From: Candidatus Izemoplasmatales bacterium
GTDB lineage: Bacteria > Bacillota_I > Bacilli_A > Izemoplasmatales > Hujiaoplasmataceae
Assembly: GCA_050177605.1 (NCBI GenBank)
Contig: JBFXGX010000022.1
Span: forward strand, 1-12,268
Direction: 5' to 3'
DNA: 12,268 nt
Notes under the pieces: generated by a model
What the model saw: the letters and a program-made list of their open reading frames with translations, nothing else
The model's database searches: none
What the model was told of the DNA's origin: nothing
Shown: piece after piece, positions 6,526 through 12,268 of the stretch
How the letters are laid out: each line of letters opens with the position of its first letter
Numbering within the stretch: position 1 is the stretch's first letter
Program-made: the position numbers and the translations under genes

Positions 6526-8001
6526 TTATTCAATTACTATGTCATCGCCGTTTGTAAGCATTAGTTGATAATTGCCCTTTAAGTATACATACGTTTCATA
6601 ATTATTATCATAGTTGAAATCGTAATAACTTAATGGTCCAGTTACTGTAATCTTACTTCCGACGGTAATACCTAAACTACTAATATCAATACTACTTGAA
6701 TCATCAACGCGTACAACAAATGAATTGTTGCTTGCGTCTTTAACATAGATGCTTGTTGAACCAGATGTTGCCGCAACAGAAATCGATGTAACTGTTAAGT
6801 TTTCCATTGTGACAAGAGATCCAATTCTTGTGAAATCAAAATCGTTATAAGTAATCGTAATCGGTTCGGCTACGAACTCACTATCCCATAAACTTAAATT
6901 AAGCTTATTGAAATTTGAAAGTTGCGGTGAACCACTGTAGTACGTAGGAATAAGTCCTCCAATAGAGACGTGCGCTCCTACTTGTAATTGTGCTGACGTT
7001 GTAAAGCCTGCATACATATATACTCCATAGCCTGTTTCATCTTGGATATAAATGTTTTGTCCAATCATCCTTGTAATAACGCCTGTCACAACGACTTTTA
7101 ATCCAACATACTCATTGAAATTAGCGAGTAGGTATTCAATGGACATTTGTGTTCCTTCTTTTGAATAATCAAAGTTAGGATCAATTTCACCCCAAACTCT
7201 TCTTTTGGTGAGGGAAGCATCCCAGTCAGCTAAAGTAAGAATTTGAGTATATTTACTACCGATAGCTACTTTGTTTTTAGAATAAGCAAGTTCTACGAGT
7301 TCAAGGTTCAGTAACAAGAAAGTATCTCCACCTTCTGGAATGTACCATACCCAAGCAAGGTAACGTCCGTTTCCGTCTTGTCTATCGCCTTCAGCTTGTA
7401 AAACAATCTTTTCAGCGGTGCTAAGACGTTCACTTGTATACTTTGATGCGGCTTTTCCCCATGGTTCGTATAGTGCTGTAGATTCTGGGGTATCAATTCC
7501 TAAATAACGAACAGAGAAGGAAAATCCATTACTATCAAACATGGTTGTATCACCATCGACGTATTTAGAAACTGTAACTTCTCCGATACCATCGGCGATG
7601 AATTCTTTATTTGCATAGTCAGCGGTAGTTAATTGAATACTATTGCCTTCACTATCCGTATAATCGCCTAGTTCATATAGATATTTCAGTTCTAAAGTTA
7701 ATGGGGATGTATATACCCTTACTTCTGTCCCTTTTGGAACGCTGTTTCCAGCTACGAGCCCAGACCCATATGATACGAACTTATCGTACTCATCGTCACT
7801 CTCATAAATCTTTGTAGTATCAATGTAAAATTTTACAGTGAGATCTAAACTAGTTAATGTGTCACTGATTTCTACTTGACTCATGCCAGTAAGATCAGGT
7901 AACACTGCGTTTAAATCTTCGGTAGTGGTGGTTGTTTGTGTACAACCACCTAAGAAGATCATGAACGCAAATAATATTGAAATAGATATTTTCTTAAACA
8001 T
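6526..8001 (-). CDS. Thermonuclease (staphylococcal nuclease family) lipoprotein, 491 aa, with an N-terminal PASTA-like domain and C-terminal paired OB folds
   Basis: Lipobox LGGC followed by a poly-Thr linker. The SNase motifs VDGDT, VRYLGIDTPE, DGNGRYLAWVW, LNLELVELAYS and KRRVW retain the Ca-binding and catalytic Asp/Asp/Arg/Asp/Glu/Arg set. VLPDLTGMSQVEI...AGNSVPKGTEVRVYTS resembles PASTA. The C-terminal VVVTGVITRMIGQNIYIQDETGYGVYMY...QVGAHVSIGG is OB-like. Confidence 0.92.
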   Translation of the reverse strand: MFKKISISILFAFMIFLGGCTQTTTTTEDLNAVLPDLTGMSQVEISDTLTSLDLTVKFYIDTTKIYESDDEYDKFVSYGSGLVAGNSVPKGTEVRVYTSPLTLELKYLYELGDYTDSEGNSIQLTTADYANKEFIADGIGEVTVSKYVDGDTTMFDSNGFSFSVRYLGIDTPESTALYEPWGKAASKYTSERLSTAEKIVLQAEGDRQDGNGRYLAWVWYIPEGGDTFLLLNLELVELAYSKNKVAIGSKYTQILTLADWDASLTKRRVWGEIDPNFDYSKEGTQMSIEYLLANFNEYVGLKVVVTGVITRMIGQNIYIQDETGYGVYMYAGFTTSAQLQVGAHVSIGGLIPTYYSGSPQLSNFNKLNLSLWDSEFVAEPITITYNDFDFTRIGSLVTMENLTVTSISVAATSGSTSIYVKDASNNSFVVRVDDSSSIDISSLGITVGSKITVTGPLSYYDFNYDNNYETYVYLKGNYQLMLTNGDDIVIE

Positions 8002-8019
8002 TAAAAACTCAATCCTTTT

Positions 8020-9636
8020 TTACCAAGTTAATTGGTTAATCATAAAGCTTAAAGCTTGTTCTGGTGAATAAGTATCTGTATAGATATTTTCTAAACAGTA
8101 TCCTGCTTCAACACGAGCTGTCGCAGAACCAGCACTATTTGTTCCAGCTGGGAATGCTGGGTCATATTGGTAATAATCCACTTGGTTTTTAGCGATATTC
8201 GCAACCATTGAACTATATAAATAATCCCATCTTTCATCTGTTGCGCCCCAAGTAACTTGTCCATCAGCAGCCCAGAAATCTTGTGCGATTTGTAAGAAGT
8301 CTGCGTATGTTGTAGAGAAAGTTTGAGTTAATTGGATAGGAGCTTCAGAAGTATAAGCAGATAAACGAACTGGTAAGTAACCTGTACTCATTGCCCATTT
8401 AGCTGTGTTATCTGTATCAAGAAGATATTTGATGAATAACCAAGCATATAATTTTTCAGATGAAGAAGCATTAGAGAAGATACCAATGTTTGGACCTTGT
8501 TGAACTGCTGATAAAGATCCTGTATAAGTATTTCCACCTGCTGTGAAAGTTGCGCCTTCTTCGTCAACGAATTGAGGTACTTGTAAGAAGTCAACATCGA
8601 AAATACCAAGTTGTAAGCTTTCTTGTGGGTCAGCTGCAGTAGGAATGTTATAAGAAACACCTGCTGTAGATCCAACAGTCATACAAACATCACCATATTT
8701 GAAGTTTGTAGAACCATAAGATTGATCCCAAGCGATTGGTAATACGACTGTATTTGATTGATATAATGTATCTAAGTAAGCTAACATGTTTCTAGTTGTT
8801 GTATTATCAATTAAGATTTCACCATCAGAATTAGTGTATCCAGCATTCCATTGACGACTCATATTGATAAATAAGTTACCACTTGAATCATAGTTAAGTA
8901 AGTATTCACATTTCATTGTTGTAGCATTCGTTCCATTTGTATCAACTAAAATATTTGTTAATAATTGTAATTGATCATAGTTTAATGGAGTTTCATGTGA
9001 TAAGAAACCATTGTCTGAAATGGTGATTCCAGCTGCTCTAATTTCTGCTACATGTGCTGCAAGAACACTTAAGTTTACAGCCATTGTTTCAGTTGATTTA
9101 GAGTAAGGCACTGAATAATAGTATCCACCAGGATATTGGTTATTTTCTTCTAAGTAAGAGCCAACAAAATCATCTAAATCTAATGAAGTTGTAACAGTTT
9201 GCCCGAAGATTGATGATGATGCGTTTGTCACTTCATACACTTTATCACTATTGATAAATTGATCTAAAGAAACTACTGCACCAGCAGTAATATAACCTGC
9301 AAAGTGATCAGGGTATCCAAGAGCCATTGTAGGAACTTGGTTTACAGAAATACCCATATTAATTTTTTCTCTTAAAGTATTGTAATCACTTTGAGATGTT
9401 GAGGTAATCGTAACGTTTGGATACATTGCTTCAAAATTCGCAATAAGTTGATCCAATAATTCTGTTTTCCCAGCACCATAGATATGCCAGAATGTAATTT
9501 CAACGTCTTCGTCTGGAAGTTCGTCTGCTAATTGTACAGTTGTCGTTGTTGTGGATTCAGTTGTTCCAACGTTAACGCAACCAACTACAGTTAGGCCAAG
9601 AATTAAAGCTAATAAACTAAATAGTATTTTTTTCAT
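8020..9636 (-). CDS. ABC transporter substrate-binding lipoprotein, family 1 (UgpB/sugar-type), 538 aa
   Basis: RBS AGGAGGA at 9647-9641 and lipobox VVGC. Motifs: EITFWH, FEAMYPNVTI, YYSVPYSKSTE, GSTAG, QGPNIGIF, AWLFIKYL...NTAKWAMSTGYLPVR.SA. Adjacent to the permeases. Confidence 0.92.
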   Translation of the reverse strand: MKKILFSLLALILGLTVVGCVNVGTTESTTTTTVQLADELPDEDVEITFWHIYGAGKTELLDQLIANFEAMYPNVTITSTSQSDYNTLREKINMGISVNQVPTMALGYPDHFAGYITAGAVVSLDQFINSDKVYEVTNASSSIFGQTVTTSLDLDDFVGSYLEENNQYPGGYYYSVPYSKSTETMAVNLSVLAAHVAEIRAAGITISDNGFLSHETPLNYDQLQLLTNILVDTNGTNATTMKCEYLLNYDSSGNLFINMSRQWNAGYTNSDGEILIDNTTTRNMLAYLDTLYQSNTVVLPIAWDQSYGSTNFKYGDVCMTVGSTAGVSYNIPTAADPQESLQLGIFDVDFLQVPQFVDEEGATFTAGGNTYTGSLSAVQQGPNIGIFSNASSSEKLYAWLFIKYLLDTDNTAKWAMSTGYLPVRLSAYTSEAPIQLTQTFSTTYADFLQIAQDFWAADGQVTWGATDERWDYLYSSMVANIAKNQVDYYQYDPAFPAGTNSAGSATARVEAGYCLENIYTDTYSPEQALSFMINQLTW

Positions 9637-9678
9637 CGTTTCCTCCTAATTTTATACCTTTATATAGACCTTTTGGGT

Positions 9679-10611
9679 TTATCCCTTAATACCACTTCTT
9701 GAAACTCCGCGCATGATTTGTTTTCTAAACACGAAGAATACAAGTAATAATGGAAGTGTTACAAGTACAGCAGCAGCCATTTGTTGACCGTAGTCTGTAC
9801 GTCCTGTGGATGTATCTGTGAACGCACCACGAAGACCATTACTTACCAATCGATATTTATCGTTGGTTGTTACCATTGCTGGCCAGATATATGCACTCCA
9901 TGCGCCCATTGCATTTAAAATAATGATGGTAATAATTGTTGGAGCGGCTACCGGAACCATAATTTTTGTTAAATATTTAAAATCGCTTGTTCCATCCACT
10001 TTAGCTGCATAATAAAGTTCGTTTGGAATTTGTTTAAATGTTTGTCTTAAATAGAAGATGTAGAATACACTCACCATAAATGGAATCGTCATTGCGAGAA
10101 TTGCATCCATATAGGTTTGGTCAAGGATGGAGTACCATCCAAACTTATTAATCGTTAAGAAGTTTGTAAGGATGAAGATTTCTCCTGGTACCATCATTGT
10201 TCCGAGTAGTACCGCGAATAATGTATCTCTACCTTTAAAATTAAGTCTAGCGAAAGCAAAAGCAGAAAGAATGGTTGTAATTGTTGTTCCTGCAGTTGTA
10301 AGAAGTGAAATAAGTAATGTATTTTTCAGATAAGTGAAAAATGGGAATAATGGTTCTCCTGCACGAGGTCCACTTAGTACTGTGACAAATAAGTCAGAAT
10401 AATTACTTAAGTTCCAATCTTTTGGTGACATAAACAAGATTGGTGGAATTGATTCGATTTGCACTACTGTTTTGAATGATGTAAGAATCATCCAATAGAA
10501 AGGAATCAAAATAGAGACTGCCACTAATGCTAAGAAAGTATAAGTGACGACGTTTGAAATCATTTTATTACGTTTATATTTCTTTTCGTTTTCAATAAAT
10601 AGATCAGCCAT
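9679..10611 (-). CDS. CUT1-family ABC transporter permease (UgpE/MalG-like), 310 aa
   Basis: Multiple hydrophobic segments. Motifs PFYWMILTSFK, AFAFARLNFKGRD, TMMVPGE and the EAA loop FKQIPNELYYAAKVDG. ATG10611 is preferred over GTG10617 because GGAGG, which overlaps the upstream TAG, lies 7 nt before it. Confidence 0.93.
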   Translation of the reverse strand: MADLFIENEKKYKRNKMISNVVTYTFLALVAVSILIPFYWMILTSFKTVVQIESIPPILFMSPKDWNLSNYSDLFVTVLSGPRAGEPLFPFFTYLKNTLLISLLTTAGTTITTILSAFAFARLNFKGRDTLFAVLLGTMMVPGEIFILTNFLTINKFGWYSILDQTYMDAILAMTIPFMVSVFYIFYLRQTFKQIPNELYYAAKVDGTSDFKYLTKIMVPVAAPTIITIIILNAMGAWSAYIWPAMVTTNDKYRLVSNGLRGAFTDTSTGRTDYGQQMAAAVLVTLPLLLVFFVFRKQIMRGVSRSGIKG

Positions 10612-10622
10612 AATCACACCTC

Positions 10623-11534
10623 CTAATAATGTACTCTCTTACGAGATACGACACCTTGAATAAGTGAGAAGATGACGGTAATCACGAAGAGGATGATTGC
10701 TGCGGCTGCGGCGTAACTAATGTATCCGACATCCGTATAACTTGAACGATAACGATATACGAACGCAACGATTGTAATCATAGAATATGGCGTAGCACCA
10801 AGTTTTTCACCGAATAACCCAATAACTGAGTTATATGCTTTTAATGCACCAATCATTGATGTGATTGAGATGTATAAAATAAGTGGTGAAAGTAATGGAA
10901 CTGTGATTCTTCTAAATACTGTTGATTTTGATGCAGAGTCAATTTTTGCTGCATCATAATATTGTTTATCAATATTTTGAAGACCACTAGTAAAGACTAA
11001 AATCTTGAATGCTAGTCCACTCCAAATAGTGAAGATGAGCAATGCGCCCATTTGTCCCCACCAACTAGATGTACCACCAATCCAGTTTACAGGATCAATT
11101 CCAAACCATCCGAGGATGAAGTTGAATAAACCGTAATTTTGATGGAACATAAATGCGAATGCCATACCAATGGCGATAGCATTTGTCACATAAGGTAAAA
11201 AGAATACTGTTTGGAAGAATCCTTTTAACTTTGGAATGTTTTTTAAGGCAACACTAATCACTAACGCAATAATGATTGATACAGGAACAGATACAAAGGC
11301 GATAACAAATGTATTTTTCATTGCCACCCAGAACAATTGATCTTTTAAGATTTTTACAAAGTTCATTAAGGTGTAACCTGTCGCTTGTCCTAATCCATTA
11401 TTTGCAAGTGGTTGATAATTTTCATAAACCGAGATGATAAATGCATTAATGAGTGGATAGAAGATGAAGATCCCCATCAGGATCAACAGCGGGGCTAGAT
11501 AAAGCCAGGCCTTTAAATTATTTTTTGTTTCCAT
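10623..11534 (-). CDS. CUT1-family ABC transporter permease (UgpA/MalF-like), 303 aa
   Basis: Motifs AWLYLAP, FYPLI, FW.AMKNT, FFLPYVT, the EAA loop GLQNIDKQYYDAAKID, FRRITVPLLSP and YAAAAAIILF. It starts 1 nt after the ATPase stop. Confidence 0.93.
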   Translation of the reverse strand: METKNNLKAWLYLAPLLILMGIFIFYPLINAFIISVYENYQPLANNGLGQATGYTLMNFVKILKDQLFWVAMKNTFVIAFVSVPVSIIIALVISVALKNIPKLKGFFQTVFFLPYVTNAIAIGMAFAFMFHQNYGLFNFILGWFGIDPVNWIGGTSSWWGQMGALLIFTIWSGLAFKILVFTSGLQNIDKQYYDAAKIDSASKSTVFRRITVPLLSPLILYISITSMIGALKAYNSVIGLFGEKLGATPYSMITIVAFVYRYRSSYTDVGYISYAAAAAIILFVITVIFSLIQGVVSRKRVHY

Positions 11535-11535
11535 A

Positions 11536-12268
11536 TTATTTCAAAATTTTCCCGTTCAAATCAAATAGATGCATCTTTTCAGGTTTAATTGTGAAATGTA
11601 CGTTATCGCCTGCTTTGATTTTGTGTTCAGCATCGACGATTGCTTTAAATGTTGCTTTATCTAATAATCCACCTTCATTACCTGGTTCTTCAATAATAAG
11701 CGTTGTATCTCTACCAATTGTTTCCACTAAATCAATTTCAAAATGGAATGGTGATTTGTTTTCTTTGTCAACTTGGAATCCTTCAGGACGAACACCAACT
11801 TTTACGTTTTGGTCTTCTAATTTTGTCTTTCCAACTTCCATATCATTAATAAAGATTTTCTTGTTTTTTACAACTCCATCAAATACATTGATTTGAGGGT
11901 TTCCTAAGAATTTCGCAACGAATAAGTTTTGAGGATCATCATAAACGGCTTGAGGATTACCCATTTGTTGGATAACACCATCTTTCATAACAACGATTTC
12001 ATCTGAAATTGACATTGCTTCTTCTTGGTCATGTGTTACGAATACTGTCGTAATCCCTGTTTCACGTTGAATTCTTTTGATTTCTTCTCTGGTTTGTAAA
12101 CGAAGACGAGCATCAAGATTACTTAATGGTTCATCAAGTAATAATACTCTTGGTTTCTTAACAAGTGCTCTTGCAATTGCGACACGTTGTTGTTGACCCC
12201 CGGATAGTTCTTTTGGTTTACGATCTAACATTTCTTTTAATCCAACTAGATCAGCCATTTCCGTTGTC
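11536..12268 (-). CDS. ABC transporter ATP-binding subunit (MalK/UgpC/MsmX-like), 5'-truncated by the window edge
   Basis: Signature [15 protein letters not shown], Walker B and D-loop [13 protein letters not shown]-switch VTHDQEEAM, and a C-terminal TOBE-like region (GVRPE...VETIG...HLFD). Walker A is absent and the frame is open to the window end, so M12258 is internal. Confidence 0.95.
   Translation of the reverse strand, partial: TTEMADLVGLKEMLDRKPKELSGGQQQRVAIARALVKKPRVLLLDEPLSNLDARLRLQTREEIKRIQRETGITTVFVTHDQEEAMSISDEIVVMKDGVIQQMGNPQAVYDDPQNLFVAKFLGNPQINVFDGVVKNKKIFINDMEVGKTKLEDQNVKVGVRPEGFQVDKENKSPFHFEIDLVETIGRDTTLIIEEPGNEGGLLDKATFKAIVDAEHKIKAGDNVHFTIKPEKMHLFDLNGKILK

Noticed and set aside
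7883..8071. Antisense ORFs at 7883-8071, 9806-10012, 10127-10333 and 11525-11896
   Set aside because: They overlap conserved minus-strand genes and have the composition typical of reverse-complement frames.
9648..9678. Possible internal promoter or operator before the SBP (minus strand AAAGGTCTATATAAAGGTATAAAAT), faintly like the 2377-2403 arms
   Set aside because: Short, AT-rich and imperfect, and the -10-like hexamer is too close to the RBS. Not distinguishable from chance.
1..12268. CRISPR array, mobile element, anti-phage defence or competence system
   Set aside because: No regularly spaced repeats, transposase or integrase motifs, or Com/pilin genes were seen. The SNase is an exported lipoprotein linked to a solute importer, which favours nutrition.

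Overview
AT-rich, code-11 bacterial DNA, plausibly from a free-living Mollicute such as Izemoplasmatales or Acholeplasmatales (inference). Nearly the whole window is one apparent extracellular nucleic-acid foraging locus. A minus-strand operon encodes a CUT1/Ugp-like ABC importer (5'-truncated ATPase, two permeases, enlarged substrate-binding lipoprotein), a PASTA-like/thermonuclease/OB-OB lipoprotein with intact catalytic motifs, and a 1341-aa lipoprotein of alternating Ig-like spacers and three paired OB-fold-like modules with no recognisable catalytic domain. After an intrinsic terminator and a probable new promoter comes a 628-aa paralogous lipoprotein (Ig, OB-OB, Ig, lamin-tail domain). 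It converges at a bidirectional terminator on the 3' end of an endonuclease I family gene. The most interesting element is the pair of apparently non-catalytic, module-shuffled OB/Ig surface proteins. They may capture DNA for the nucleases and importer, analogous to the surface glycan-binding proteins of polysaccharide utilisation loci. All domain calls are by-eye motif recognition; no searches were run.
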